This document shows, piece by piece, positions 10,262 through 20,199 of a DNA stretch of 64,000 nucleotides. The position numbers and the translations under genes are program-made. The stretch is from Anaerolineales bacterium (lineage in GTDB: Bacteria; Chloroflexota; Anaerolineae; Anaerolineales; UBA11579): the NCBI GenBank assembly GCA_016932165.1, contig JAFGDK010000103.1:28068-92067 (forward strand). The letters are read 5' to 3'. The notes below the pieces were generated by a model that made no database searches, had not been told where the DNA came from, and saw nothing but the letters and a program-made list of their open reading frames with translations. Each line of letters starts with the position of its first letter. The first letter of the stretch is position 1.

Positions 10262-11420
10262 ATTCCTTCCTCTCATCTGTTTTTCTACTTGCTCTTGACT
10301 GGCGGGAGACATTCATCAAGATCCCGATCGAACTCAACGAAAACAGCATGCTCGTTCCACCAAGACTGACAAACGGCAACGCATTCCCGGCGAATGGCAC
10401 CAGACCAACCATCATCCCCATGTTGATCAATGCCTCCATCATCAGCCAGAAAGTGATCCCGATGGCCAGCAGCTGGCCGAGCATATCCGGCGCTTCTCTG
10501 GCAATCTTGAACCCCCGAAGGGTCAGGATCACATATAAGCCGATCATCACCGTTGTACCCAACAGCCCGGTCTCTTCTGCTGTGACGGCAAAAATACTAT
10601 CTGTGGGGGGAACCGGCAGTCCGTGAGTTTTGGTCTCTGATTTATCAATCCCCATCCCAAATAACCCGCCGCGGGCAAAAGCCTCGATCGAGCGCTGCAC
10701 ATGTGGATGGGCCTCACGCGGATCGCGCAGCCCCTGTAAATAATCACTAATCCGGTCTTGAGCTGTAGGCTGCACCTGGATTACCACCAAGCCAACCAGA
10801 AAAGTCACCGCCAACAGGATGAAAATCTGTTTTAAGTCGCCGCCGGCAACAAAGAACATGATCCCGCCGAGGATCACCAGGGTGAAAGCTGCGCTCACAT
10901 CCGGCTGGACGATGATCAACCCGGCCAGGAAGCCAATGATGATCGCCAGCGGGATAAGTCCAAATCCAACCTTATTCAGCTGGTGCCGCTTGTTGTATAA
11001 CCAGACGCTCAGATAGATGATCAAGACCAGCTTGGCCATCTCGGAAGGCATTCCCGAGCCCTCGTACAGGGTGCGCACCGCATTGAAACGCACGTTTTGC
11101 AGGATCTGCACCAAAATCAACAATCCAACTGTTGCCCCCATCAACAATAATGCCAGCCGGCGAAAATTGTGATAATCAAAATAGGCAGCCACAAATGCGG
11201 CAGCCACACCGACCAGAGTGAAGATCAACTGGCGGGTGAACATCTTGGTGTGGGAGCCTTCATACTCATAATAGGACATCTCCCAACTGGCTGAAAACAC
11301 CATCACGAGGCCGAATAGAACAAGAAAAACGATCGCGATCAACAGCACGGGATCTATCCCTAATTGGATTCCGCCTACCCCGCGCTTGCGGACAGGTTTT
11401 GCCTGATATGTCGTTGTCAT
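10182..11420 (-). CDS. ftsW: SEDS-family peptidoglycan glycosyltransferase FtsW
   Basis: ~10 TM segments. Conserved SEDS motifs (DFVFAVTAEE-like DSIFAVTAEETGL, PFVSLGGTS). Position between murD and murG. Basic C-terminal tail. Confidence 0.85.
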   Translation of the reverse strand: MTTTYQAKPVRKRGVGGIQLGIDPVLLIAIVFLVLFGLVMVFSASWEMSYYEYEGSHTKMFTRQLIFTLVGVAAAFVAAYFDYHNFRRLALLLMGATVGLLILVQILQNVRFNAVRTLYEGSGMPSEMAKLVLIIYLSVWLYNKRHQLNKVGFGLIPLAIIIGFLAGLIIVQPDVSAAFTLVILGGIMFFVAGGDLKQIFILLAVTFLVGLVVIQVQPTAQDRISDYLQGLRDPREAHPHVQRSIEAFARGGLFGMGIDKSETKTHGLPVPPTDSIFAVTAEETGLLGTTVMIGLYVILTLRGFKIAREAPDMLGQLLAIGITFWLMMEALINMGMMVGLVPFAGNALPFVSLGGTSMLFSLSSIGILMNVSRQSRASRKTDERKEYAPVGVRRGERGRDLSRAGRSASPRG

Positions 11421-12790
11421 TAGTCTCGCTCCTTCACCGGAAGATCGTTCACAAGTTGTTTAAAATGTCTGCCGCGTGCTTCATAATCAACATAATCATC
11501 AAAGCTGGTGCCGCCAGGAGCCAATAAAACCACATCGCCAGTTTTGGCGGCTTCAACTGCCAGCTCAACAGCCTGCTCCAACCCTTGACACACGGTCGAA
11601 TTGGGATAAGCCGCTGAAATGATCCCGGCCGCCTCGCCAAATGCAATCACCGCCCTGGCGCGCTTGGCTGCCTGGCGGGCAAATTCATCCCAGGGGAGTG
11701 CCTTATCCCGCCCGCCGGCCAGCACAACCAATCGCTCGCTGAAAGCCTGCATGGCAGTCACGGCCATCTCCGGGCTGGTGGCCTTAGAATCGTTGTACCA
11801 CTGCACGCCATTGATCTCACGAACAAACTCCAGCCGGTGTTCTACGCCGCCAAATCCCTGGATACCAGCCCGAATCACCTGCGCAGGCAGATCGAGCGCC
11901 AGGCTGAGGGCGCAGGCGGCCAGCACGTTTAACAGGTTATGGTCACCTCTCAATGAGATTTCATCTAGCGGTATCACCGCCTGTTGCTCTGCTCCCCGGC
12001 GCACCCAGATATGGCCCTCATGCACCAGGCTCCCAGATTGTCCATCCGGCAGTGCCCGGCCAAAGGCAAGCACTTCTCCATGCGCTTCTCCTGCCAATTG
12101 CCAGGCTCTTGTATCCTCAATTCCCAACACCAGGGTATTTGATTTCGTCTGGTGCGAGAAGATGTTCTTTTTCGCCTGGATGTAGGCCGCCATTGTGCCG
12201 TGGCGATCAAGGTGATTAGGGGAAAGATTCAAGATAGCGGCCACCTGAGGAGAAGATCGCATGATTTCCAGCTGAAAACTGGATAACTCCACCACCACCA
12301 GATCTTCAGGGCTAATTTGATCCAATTGACGGATCAGCGGGGAGCCGATATTCCCGCCGACAAATGCCTTGCGATACAAGCCGGCCTTTGCCGCCTGATT
12401 GGCGATCCGCCCCATCAGTGTGGTTGTCGTTGTCTTTCCGGCTGACCCGGTAATTCCCACCACCAAGCAAGGTGCCGCCTCAATAAAGATCTGCGAATCA
12501 TTAGAGAGCGGAATACCGCGTTTTTGGGCTTCCAATACCATCGGGATGGTCAGGGGCACACCCCCGGAGGGACATACCAGATCAGCGCCATCCAGCAGGG
12601 TTAGCGGATGCCCTCCGGTAACCCATTCCACAGACAGCCCTGCCAATTCCTCCCGGGCATTGATCAATTCTTCAGCAGGCTGCGCATCGGTTAATACCAC
12701 CTGGGCGCCTCTATTCACCAGGTAGCGGGTCAGCGCTAATCCCTGACGGGCAGCCCCAATCACAACCACACGCTTTCCGTTCCAACTCAT
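11420..12790 (-). CDS. murD: UDP-N-acetylmuramoylalanine--D-glutamate ligase MurD
   Basis: VVVIGAARQGLALTRYL Rossmann N-terminus and GITGSAGKTTTT P-loop. The ORF is open to 12841, but the Met at 12790 forms an ATGA overlap with the mraY stop. Confidence 0.9.
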   Translation of the reverse strand: MSWNGKRVVVIGAARQGLALTRYLVNRGAQVVLTDAQPAEELINAREELAGLSVEWVTGGHPLTLLDGADLVCPSGGVPLTIPMVLEAQKRGIPLSNDSQIFIEAAPCLVVGITGSAGKTTTTTLMGRIANQAAKAGLYRKAFVGGNIGSPLIRQLDQISPEDLVVVELSSFQLEIMRSSPQVAAILNLSPNHLDRHGTMAAYIQAKKNIFSHQTKSNTLVLGIEDTRAWQLAGEAHGEVLAFGRALPDGQSGSLVHEGHIWVRRGAEQQAVIPLDEISLRGDHNLLNVLAACALSLALDLPAQVIRAGIQGFGGVEHRLEFVREINGVQWYNDSKATSPEMAVTAMQAFSERLVVLAGGRDKALPWDEFARQAAKRARAVIAFGEAAGIISAAYPNSTVCQGLEQAVELAVEAAKTGDVVLLAPGGTSFDDYVDYEARGRHFKQLVNDLPVKERD

Positions 12791-13782
12791 ATTACCGCCA
12801 GCGCCACCCCGATCATCGAGGCAAGCAGTGTGATTAACCAAAAACGCTGTACCACCTGGGTTTCACTCCAACCAGACAACTCAAAGTGCAGGTGGAAAGG
12901 CGTCATCTTGAAAATCCGCTTTCCGCCGGTGAGACGGAAATACGTCACCTGGATGACTACACTGAGGATTTCACTCAGCGGAATCACCGCGATTACCAGC
13001 AGCAACAGCCACTGCCCGGTCATCAACGCTACCACGGCTAAAGCCGAACCCAGCGCCATCGAACCGGTATCACCCATGAACAACATGGCCGGGTGGACGT
13101 TAAACCATAGGAAACCAAACAGCGCGCCAACCAGAGTAAAACAAAATTGAGCCACATAGATCTGCCCCTGAAGTACTGCAATTGCCCCAAAAGCCGCAAA
13201 AGCTGTCGCTGAGATTAACCCGGCCATGCCGTCCAACCCATCGGTAAAGTTAACCGCATTGGCTTCTGACACTATGATGAACATCGCAATCGGGATATGC
13301 CACATCCCCAGGTCAATCTCAAAATTGATCCCCGGGATGAACATACGGGGCACATCCAGCACCATGTACAAACCATATGCAACCATCGCGGAGATCGCTG
13401 TCTGGATCAGGAATTTTGTGCGGGAGCGCATCCCTTCACCCTTATCTTTCTGGCGGAGTTTGGTCCAGTCATCCAGCGCCCCCAGAAGAGCAAACAGCGC
13501 CATCGTGCCCAAAGGCAGCAGAATCGAGCGACCCTCTGTTTTTCCACCCAGCAGCACAACCGCGTTATAGATCAGGGTCACAAGAATCGTGGGGAGCACG
13601 AACATCACCCCCCCCATGGTTGGAGTGCCCAGCTTGGCCAGATAGCTATCTGGCAGCTCCAATCGAATGCTGTCCCCTGCCTTCAATGAACGCAGCGCCC
13701 GAATCAAAGGTGGTCCCCAGATCACGGTCAGCACAAAGGTGATTCCCGATAAAACCAACGATAATACTGTCCGATCATTCAT
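12787..13782 (-). CDS. mraY: phospho-N-acetylmuramoyl-pentapeptide transferase MraY
   Basis: 10-TM protein with MraY motifs (NAVNFTDGLDGMAG, PGMLFMGDTGSMALG). Confidence 0.9.
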   Translation of the reverse strand: MNDRTVLSLVLSGITFVLTVIWGPPLIRALRSLKAGDSIRLELPDSYLAKLGTPTMGGVMFVLPTILVTLIYNAVVLLGGKTEGRSILLPLGTMALFALLGALDDWTKLRQKDKGEGMRSRTKFLIQTAISAMVAYGLYMVLDVPRMFIPGINFEIDLGMWHIPIAMFIIVSEANAVNFTDGLDGMAGLISATAFAAFGAIAVLQGQIYVAQFCFTLVGALFGFLWFNVHPAMLFMGDTGSMALGSALAVVALMTGQWLLLLVIAVIPLSEILSVVIQVTYFRLTGGKRIFKMTPFHLHFELSGWSETQVVQRFWLITLLASMIGVALAVI

Positions 13783-15193
13783 GCTTCATCTCCAAGGCAG
13801 GAGCAATCGTATCCATTTGCATCCCGCGGGAGCCTTTGATCAATACCACATCTTCCGGCCCGATGATCTCTGCCAGCACCTCGGTGGCCAGCTGTGTATT
13901 CTCCACACTGGTGATATAAGCGTTGTCCAGTCCGGCCTCCCTTGCCGCCCGGGCGATCACCCTGGCACGCTGACCAACCGTGATCAGCACATCCGCCACT
14001 TCAGCCGATCGGATGCCGATCATTTCATGTCCCTGGCGCTCATACTGGCCCAACTCAAGCATGTCACCAAGTACGGCGATCTTTCGGCCATCCAGCTCTT
14101 CCAATAAATTGAGAGCTGCCATCGTGGATTGCGGGGAAGCATTATAAGTATCATCCACCAGCAGCGCCCCGCTGGCGCTGCGGACAACCATCAATCTCAA
14201 CTGCATATGCCCCGATCGCAAACCTGAGATAATCTCCTCCCAAGCCAAACCTTCTGCCAACCCAACTGCTGAGGCTCGAAGGGCTGTATGAACAGAATGC
14301 CGTCCCAGCATCGGCACTCGCAAATGGAGCACCTCGTTGCCATAATGCAGCCGGAAGCGGATACCCTCTAATCCCAGACCTTCAATCTGATCCGCCCACA
14401 CATCCGCGTGCGGCTCCAGCCCGTAGTACATCACTCTGGCAGCGGTCATTTGGGCCATTGGGCGCACCCAGGGGTCGTCATAATTTAGAATTGCTACCCC
14501 GTCCTCTGGCAGCGCTTGCACCAATTCAGATTTTCCCGCCGCAATTTCCTCTTGTGAGCCAGCCCGTTCAGCATGGACAGTGCCGATATTGGTGATCACG
14601 CCAATCGAGGGGCGGGCGATCTCACACAGGAAGCTGATTTCGCCGGGTACATAGAAACCCATCTCCAGCACTGCCCGTCTGTGGCCTTCAGTTAGATTGA
14701 GGATGGTCAATGGCAGACCGATTTCATTGTTGTAGTTCCCTTCGTTCTTATGGGTGGGATAACGATAACTGAGCACGCCTGCGATCATTTCTTTGGTGGT
14801 TGACTTCCCCACCGACCCGGTGATTCCAATCACTTTTACATCCAGTTTGTTTCGCCAGAAACGGGCGGCTTCCTGCAGGGCATTGAGTGTATTTTCCACC
14901 CGCAGGCAGACTGGCAGATCCAGGCCTTCCAGACCATCCTCCGGCAGCGGCAGCCGCAGATCCAGCTGACGGAACTTAGCGGACATATCCTTCTCCACTA
15001 AAGCAAAGTCAGCTCCCTGATCGAATGCATGGCCGATAAAATCATGCCCGTCCACCCGTTCCCCTTTCAGAGCCACAAACAGGCAGCCGGGAATTGTGGT
15101 GCGCGAATCGATCACCGCCTGGGTAATCACATGCGTCTCCGTTGCAGGCCGCTGACCAGTCAGCGCCTCGACCACATCGGCCAATCTCAGCAT
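13775..15193 (-). CDS. murF: UDP-MurNAc-tripeptide--D-Ala-D-Ala ligase MurF
   Basis: DSRTTIPGCLFVALKGERVDGHDF, P-loop GITGSVGKSTTKEM (the MurF-type TGSxGKT..KE) and C-terminal GDMLELG. Judged MurF rather than MurE on these motifs. Confidence 0.8.
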   Translation of the reverse strand: MLRLADVVEALTGQRPATETHVITQAVIDSRTTIPGCLFVALKGERVDGHDFIGHAFDQGADFALVEKDMSAKFRQLDLRLPLPEDGLEGLDLPVCLRVENTLNALQEAARFWRNKLDVKVIGITGSVGKSTTKEMIAGVLSYRYPTHKNEGNYNNEIGLPLTILNLTEGHRRAVLEMGFYVPGEISFLCEIARPSIGVITNIGTVHAERAGSQEEIAAGKSELVQALPEDGVAILNYDDPWVRPMAQMTAARVMYYGLEPHADVWADQIEGLGLEGIRFRLHYGNEVLHLRVPMLGRHSVHTALRASAVGLAEGLAWEEIISGLRSGHMQLRLMVVRSASGALLVDDTYNASPQSTMAALNLLEELDGRKIAVLGDMLELGQYERQGHEMIGIRSAEVADVLITVGQRARVIARAAREAGLDNAYITSVENTQLATEVLAEIIGPEDVVLIKGSRGMQMDTIAPALEMKHE

Positions 15194-15210
15194 CGTTCTT
15201 CTTCCTTACC

Positions 15211-17025
15211 TCAATCAGACATTCCAATCTGCTCTCGTACCAAATCAGGGGGCAGCTTCATCATCACTACCAACCGTTGGGCAATCTGTGAAAATATTGG
15301 TGCGGCAATTGTGGAACCCCAGGCAGTATCAGAGCCTTCGGTTGGTTCTGGTTCCTCCAGCCATACGTAGATTACAAACTGCGGATCATCCACCGGCCCC
15401 CAGCCAATGAAAGATGCATTCGTCTTGTTCTTCAGGTAGCCTTCATCCCCAGGTATCTGAGCAGTGCCAGTCTTGCCTGCCATCCTGTAACCGGGTACCA
15501 GCGCCAGAGAAGCTTCATTCTCCAAAGAGAGTGCCAGCGCCTGGGTCATCGCCTGGGCAGTTTCCGGCCGGATCGGGTTCCCATAAACAGTCGGCCCGAA
15601 AGGCACCTGCACGCCATTATCCACCATCGCCTGGGTGACATGCGGCACCATCGTTTGCCCCTCATTGGCCAATGCACCCGCCGCAGTGACTACCTGCAAC
15701 GCTGTGACCGAAACGCCCTGCCCGAAGGTATTCGTCGCCAGGTCGGCGGGGTACCAGTCTGAATCACCGGGTTCTTTCATTCTTCCAGTGGCTTCATTCG
15801 CCAAATCTACGCTGGTGAAATGCCCGAAACCAAAGGCATCCATATATGTGTAAAACGCCTCTGCCCCCATCTCTGTGCCAACCCAGGCTAAACACACATT
15901 CGAAGAATGCTGCAAGCAGCCGATCATGTTCAACTTGCCGCCGGCCTGCCGGTTCCAGTTACGGATCGTGATCCCGCCGTATTCAAAGAATCCCGGATCA
16001 AAGAACTGTGTATCCAGTTCAACATCACCATTGTCCACTGCCGCAGCCATGGTAAATATCTTCATTACCGAACCCGGCTCAAATGTTTGGCTGATCAACC
16101 GGTTGAACGGCACTCCTTCAGGATAGACCTCTTTATAATGGTCGACATCATCCAGCCGGTTTGGATCCAGACGCGGTGAACTGGCCATCGCCCTGATTGC
16201 CCCGGTTTCAGGATCGAGGATAATTGCATTGGCCGACTTTGCCTTATATTCTTCTCTAGCCAAATCCAGAATATCTTCCACCATGGCTTGAATATCACGA
16301 TCCAGGGTCAAGATCAGGGTCGCCCCAGGAGGCACAGAGGGCTGCTCAGCGGCTTGATTGGGATTGAAAGGAACAAACATTTCACTGACCGCGCCAGACA
16401 ACTCTGAGTCAAAGCGCTCCTCCAAACCATGATAGCCGCGCTCATATTCACTAAAATCATCCATACCAACTAAACCAAGCACCTGCGACGCCAGATCGCC
16501 TTCCGGATAGGTCCGGGCCAAACGCGGGTAAAGCACCAAACCCATCAGGCTTTCTTTGGTTTTGCCTTCTTTGTATAAGGCCAGCCACTCATTATAGATC
16601 TCGATCAGCGCATTGGCCTCTTCAGATGAGACGGTTCTCGCCACTTGAGCATAGACCGCCTCAGGTGACGGAGGGATGCTGGCATAATAAAGCGCATCCT
16701 CATAGTTGAGGCCAATGGTAGCATTCAACACCTGGGCGATTGGTTCGGGTGTAACCACAGAGGGGAGATCGATTCCCACTTCGTAGACGATATGATTACC
16801 AGCCAGCAAATACCCATCCATATCATAGATCGGGCCGCGCGGTGGTTTGACCATCCGGACAAAGCCATCCATCTGATCGCCTCGCAGTCTGATCTCCTGA
16901 GCCTCCGGGATCAGCTGAAAGCTGACCGTCCAACCAAACACCAGCAGGCTGCTGATCAATAGGCCGGCCATCAACACCTGGATCCGCCAGGTCCTTACTT
17001 TGATCTGTGAACTCAGCTCAGTCAT
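15211..17025 (-). CDS. ftsI: class B penicillin-binding protein / transpeptidase FtsI
   Basis: N-terminal TM, PBP dimerisation domain, and transpeptidase motifs SVMK, SSN and KTGTA. The ORF is open to 17082. The Met at 17025 directly abuts the ftsL stop. Confidence 0.85.
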   Translation of the reverse strand: MTELSSQIKVRTWRIQVLMAGLLISSLLVFGWTVSFQLIPEAQEIRLRGDQMDGFVRMVKPPRGPIYDMDGYLLAGNHIVYEVGIDLPSVVTPEPIAQVLNATIGLNYEDALYYASIPPSPEAVYAQVARTVSSEEANALIEIYNEWLALYKEGKTKESLMGLVLYPRLARTYPEGDLASQVLGLVGMDDFSEYERGYHGLEERFDSELSGAVSEMFVPFNPNQAAEQPSVPPGATLILTLDRDIQAMVEDILDLAREEYKAKSANAIILDPETGAIRAMASSPRLDPNRLDDVDHYKEVYPEGVPFNRLISQTFEPGSVMKIFTMAAAVDNGDVELDTQFFDPGFFEYGGITIRNWNRQAGGKLNMIGCLQHSSNVCLAWVGTEMGAEAFYTYMDAFGFGHFTSVDLANEATGRMKEPGDSDWYPADLATNTFGQGVSVTALQVVTAAGALANEGQTMVPHVTQAMVDNGVQVPFGPTVYGNPIRPETAQAMTQALALSLENEASLALVPGYRMAGKTGTAQIPGDEGYLKNKTNASFIGWGPVDDPQFVIYVWLEEPEPTEGSDTAWGSTIAAPIFSQIAQRLVVMMKLPPDLVREQIGMSD

Positions 17026-17027
17026 GC

Positions 17028-17513
17028 TTATTCCCCTCCCACCCGGCGCACCCGCAGTCTGGAGATCGTCTCTTGAAGCCACTCAAACAAAGAAGTGGTG
17101 TATTCCTCCGGCAAACCAGTCTCTTCAACGATTGCCTGATGTGCAGCATTTGGTGGCGGAGCCAGCGCAAGCGTCGGTTCAGGATAATACCCCTCCACTT
17201 CCAGATAGCGGACCCGGTTAGGGTCAACCGGCTGATACCCCATCTGGGTTGCGCGTAACGCCAGGTTCTCATTGCTGGTCAGATCAGCCAGTTCAGCGTT
17301 CTTATCCTCGATATTTTGCTGGGCTGCCAGTGCGGTGGCCTGGTATTCCTGAACTTTTATCCCATATGTGCCTGCCTGTGAGGTCATCCAGGTATATACC
17401 ATCATCACCACGGCGGCCACCAGCCCCAACGCGGCCAACCGGCTGAGCATTTGCGTCTGCCGGCGCCAGGGAGTGTTGCGATAGGCTTGTAATATTTTCT
17501 GTGCTCTGTTCAT
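17028..17513 (-). CDS. ftsL: FtsL-like cell division protein (single TM plus coiled coil)
   Basis: Position between rsmH and ftsI. One TM (LAALGLVAAVVMMVYTW) followed by a coiled-coil region. Start taken at the internal Met (MNRAQK), 64 nt after the rsmH stop. Confidence 0.6.
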   Translation of the reverse strand: MNRAQKILQAYRNTPWRRQTQMLSRLAALGLVAAVVMMVYTWMTSQAGTYGIKVQEYQATALAAQQNIEDKNAELADLTSNENLALRATQMGYQPVDPNRVRYLEVEGYYPEPTLALAPPPNAAHQAIVEETGLPEEYTTSLFEWLQETISRLRVRRVGGE

Positions 17514-17577
17514 GTGCTTTCCTCTTATATAGGAAATTCTGCAAGACCTATGCCATACAGAAGGATGAACCAATTTT

Positions 17578-18519
17578 TTAAGATTTCTCCAGCACCCGCA
17601 GTTTTGCACTTCGGGCACGTGGATTTTTGTTAATCTCTTCCTCAGTGGGCAGCAAGGGTTTCCGCTGCACCAAACGAGTAACTGCCGGGCGGATCACCGG
17701 CGCCATTGGGTGAGACTCATCTCGCAGGTCCCGGCTGAAATCCCGGAATAGATTCTTAACGATCCGGTCTTCCAGCGAGTGGAACGAGATCACCGCCAGT
17801 CTGCCGCCCGGCGCCAGGGCGTCCACTGCCTGAGGGATCGTATCTTCAATCGCCTCCAGTTCACCATTAACCGCGATCCGCAGGGCCTGGAAGGTGCGTG
17901 TGGCTGGATGCACCTTGCTGCCTGGCACAGAACCGACTACCCCGGTAACCAGTTCCGCCAGTTCTTTGGTGGATTTCAAAGGCCGGGCGGCACAGATCGC
18001 CGCCGCAATCTGGCGGGACTTGCGCTCCTCACCATATTTGTAGATCACATCCGCCAGCGAGACTTGATCCCAGGTGTTGACCAAATCTGCTGCTGTCAGC
18101 GGGTTGCCGGGATCAAAGCGCATGTCCAGCGGTCCATCTTGCAAGAAAGAAAAACCCCTTGCCGGGGTATCAAATTGCATGGAAGATGCACCCAGGTCTA
18201 TCACGATCCCATCCACCTGGGACCAACCGACCTGATCCAGTTGCCTCTTCAGACTGGTGTGGCTGGCCTGTACGAGGATGACCCGCTCGCCAAACTCAGC
18301 CAGCCGTTCACCTGCCAGCACTATCGCCTGTGGATCAAGGTCCAAACCCAGGAGCATACCTGTGGGAGAACTCTCCTGCAAAATCCCCCAGGCATGCCCA
18401 CCTGCTCCCAGGGTGGCATCTACATATTTTTTTTCACGCTGCGGATTCAATGCGTGTATAATTTGATGGTAAAGTACCGGTTCGTGCGGGAGACGATCCT
18501 CCCCTGAGAATGAGTTCAT
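17578..18519 (-). CDS. rsmH: 16S rRNA (cytosine1402-N4)-methyltransferase RsmH/MraW
   Basis: HEPVLYHQIIHAL...YVDATLGAGGHA SAM-binding N-terminus. The start Met at 18519 makes an ATGA overlap with the mraZ stop. Confidence 0.9.
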   Translation of the reverse strand: MNSFSGEDRLPHEPVLYHQIIHALNPQREKKYVDATLGAGGHAWGILQESSPTGMLLGLDLDPQAIVLAGERLAEFGERVILVQASHTSLKRQLDQVGWSQVDGIVIDLGASSMQFDTPARGFSFLQDGPLDMRFDPGNPLTAADLVNTWDQVSLADVIYKYGEERKSRQIAAAICAARPLKSTKELAELVTGVVGSVPGSKVHPATRTFQALRIAVNGELEAIEDTIPQAVDALAPGGRLAVISFHSLEDRIVKNLFRDFSRDLRDESHPMAPVIRPAVTRLVQRKPLLPTEEEINKNPRARSAKLRVLEKS

Positions 18520-18965
18520 TCCTGGGAGGTGGAGAGGTCTAACCCGGCGAATCGTTGGGCATTGGCATCGGTATCCTGGAGGATGTTCATCCGCTGATCC
18601 CATTCATCCGGGGCCCAGATCTCGAAATAATCGCCCACGCCGACGAGGACAGCCTCGCCGTCGAGGTTGAACTGCTCACGCAGGAAGCTCGGGATCAGGA
18701 TACGGCCGTTGCCGTCTGGGGTGACCCTGTCTGCCCCGGAAAAGAGCAGACGTTTGAGGTCTCGCGCGGTTGGATCGGTGATCGAGTTGGTACTGACCTG
18801 GTTGGTCATCACGCTGAAACTGGCTTCGGTCATCACCATCAGGTTGCGGTCAAAGCCCCGGGTAATGATGGCACCTTCGTCAAGAACTTCCCGGAAGCGC
18901 GCCGGCACTGTCAGACGACCTTTTGGGTCTATGGTATGCCGGTATTGCCCCAGAAACATGAACAT
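18516..18965 (-). CDS. mraZ: transcriptional regulator MraZ
   Basis: MFLGQYRHTIDPKGRLTVPARFRE with duplicated MraZ/SpoVT-AbrB-like halves. First gene of the dcw cluster. Confidence 0.9.
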   Translation of the reverse strand: MFMFLGQYRHTIDPKGRLTVPARFREVLDEGAIITRGFDRNLMVMTEASFSVMTNQVSTNSITDPTARDLKRLLFSGADRVTPDGNGRILIPSFLREQFNLDGEAVLVGVGDYFEIWAPDEWDQRMNILQDTDANAQRFAGLDLSTSQE

Positions 18966-19016
18966 TTGTGCTATCTCTCCTTTTAACAGCGGCGGGGGAC
19001 GCTGCCAGGCAGCGCC

Positions 19017-19051
19017 CCCACTTTACACCACTTTAACCCACGAGTACCCAC
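19017..19051 (-). promoter_or_regulatory. candidate MraZ operator: four GTGG(G/T) direct repeats at exact 10-bp phasing, 50-90 nt upstream of mraZ
   Basis: On the minus strand the sequence reads GTGGGtactcGTGGGttaaaGTGGTgtaaaGTGGGggcgc. On the plus strand this is CCCAC/ACCAC at 19017, 19027, 19037 and 19047. A fifth GTGGG lies at 19089-19093. Confidence 0.55.
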
Positions 19052-19547
19052 ATTGTACCGAAAATGTACACTTAAATCAACCCCCAAACCCACCTTTTAG
19101 AGACTTTTGAGTTATCAATTATGCAAATTTACGCTAAAAATTAGAGATTAAGGGTCTATTTGCGCGAAATTGGCGGTTTTCACGTAAAAATGACCCCCAC
19201 TTCGCACCGCAGGATTTTTTCAGGATCCCATCCGTGTAAAAAGAACTCTGTTGTGGTATATTTAATGCTAATTCTACTTCCTAAAAGGCTTTAAGCTTTT
19301 CTTTAGCTCCAACAAAAACTTCACCAGCAGCTTCGACCCAAACACAATAAACATCGGTATTTACCCTGACCGGTGTCGCCCAGTTTACGGACCAGCCCAA
19401 CAGAGCGCTCCGTGGCAGCGTCCCAGCTTGAGGCAGGCCGCGCGCCGAGCTCTTCCTTACTCTGATCAGGCAATATCGGCGGCGCGGAGCGCAGGAATTG
19501 TGTATATAATCTATTTGTGATAAATATTACTTTATGACTTATGTCAA

Positions 19548-19575
19548 TTACATTTCCCAATATCCTCGATATACT
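19548..19575 (+). promoter_or_regulatory. possible sigma70-type promoter for the cytochrome operon (TTACAT-N16-TATACT)
   Basis: The hexamers sit ~50 nt upstream of the GTG start. A strong RBS GAGAGGAGGA lies at 19607-19616. Confidence 0.3.
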
Positions 19576-19623
19576 CAAAATAGATGAAACTAGGACGCAC
19601 AGGTAGAGAGGAGGAACTCATAA

Positions 19624-20181
19624 GTGAGTCAACCAAATCCCACTAAGAAGAGACCGAAATGGCTCTATTGGATTGGTGCTATCGCCGCACTGGGCTTGAT
19701 CTTCATCATCGCCTGGATGACCGTTGAGACTGGCATTGAAGTCACCTCGCGGGCTGATTTCTGCGGCGTATGCCATGTGATGGAACCGATGGTCGATTCC
19801 TACAAAGCGGCCATGCACGGCGGCAATAACCCGCGCGGCATCATGACCGCCTGTACGGACTGCCATGTCTCCCACGAAAATGTATTCGCCCACTTTGTCG
19901 GCAAAGCCCGTTCAGGCACCCACGATATTGTCGTCACCGCGTTCACCGATGAGCGCAACAATGACTGGCAGGCCCTGCGGGAAGAACGCGAGAGCTATGT
20001 CTATGATTCCGGCTGCCTAACCTGCCACCGCAACCTTGCGAATGTCGAGGGGGTCAACAAAGAGCACAACAACTATTTCGCCGGTCTGATCGAGGCCCAG
20101 TGCGTCACCTGCCACGAAGAAGTAGGCCACAACAACCTGAACAAATACCTGCTCTCGAACAAATATGAGAGCGAAAACTAA
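19624..20181 (+). CDS. NapC/NirT/NrfH-family membrane-anchored tetraheme cytochrome c (quinol dehydrogenase)
   Basis: N-terminal TM (WLYWIGAIAALGLIFIIAWM) plus four CxxCH motifs (CGVCH, CTDCH, CLTCH, CVTCH). 185 aa. GTG start with a GGAGG RBS. Confidence 0.85.
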   Translation: MSQPNPTKKRPKWLYWIGAIAALGLIFIIAWMTVETGIEVTSRADFCGVCHVMEPMVDSYKAAMHGGNNPRGIMTACTDCHVSHENVFAHFVGKARSGTHDIVVTAFTDERNNDWQALREERESYVYDSGCLTCHRNLANVEGVNKEHNNYFAGLIEAQCVTCHEEVGHNNLNKYLLSNKYESEN

Positions 20182-20199
20182 ACAAGGAAGAGGTGAAGG

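Noticed and set aside
17779-18507. 242-aa plus-strand ORF overlapping rsmH
   Set aside because: Antisense to a confident methyltransferase gene. No motif, and biased composition.
19321-19578. 85-aa minus-strand ORF in the mraZ/cytochrome divergent intergenic region
   Set aside because: No RBS and no recognisable fold. It lies in a likely promoter region and is probably spurious.
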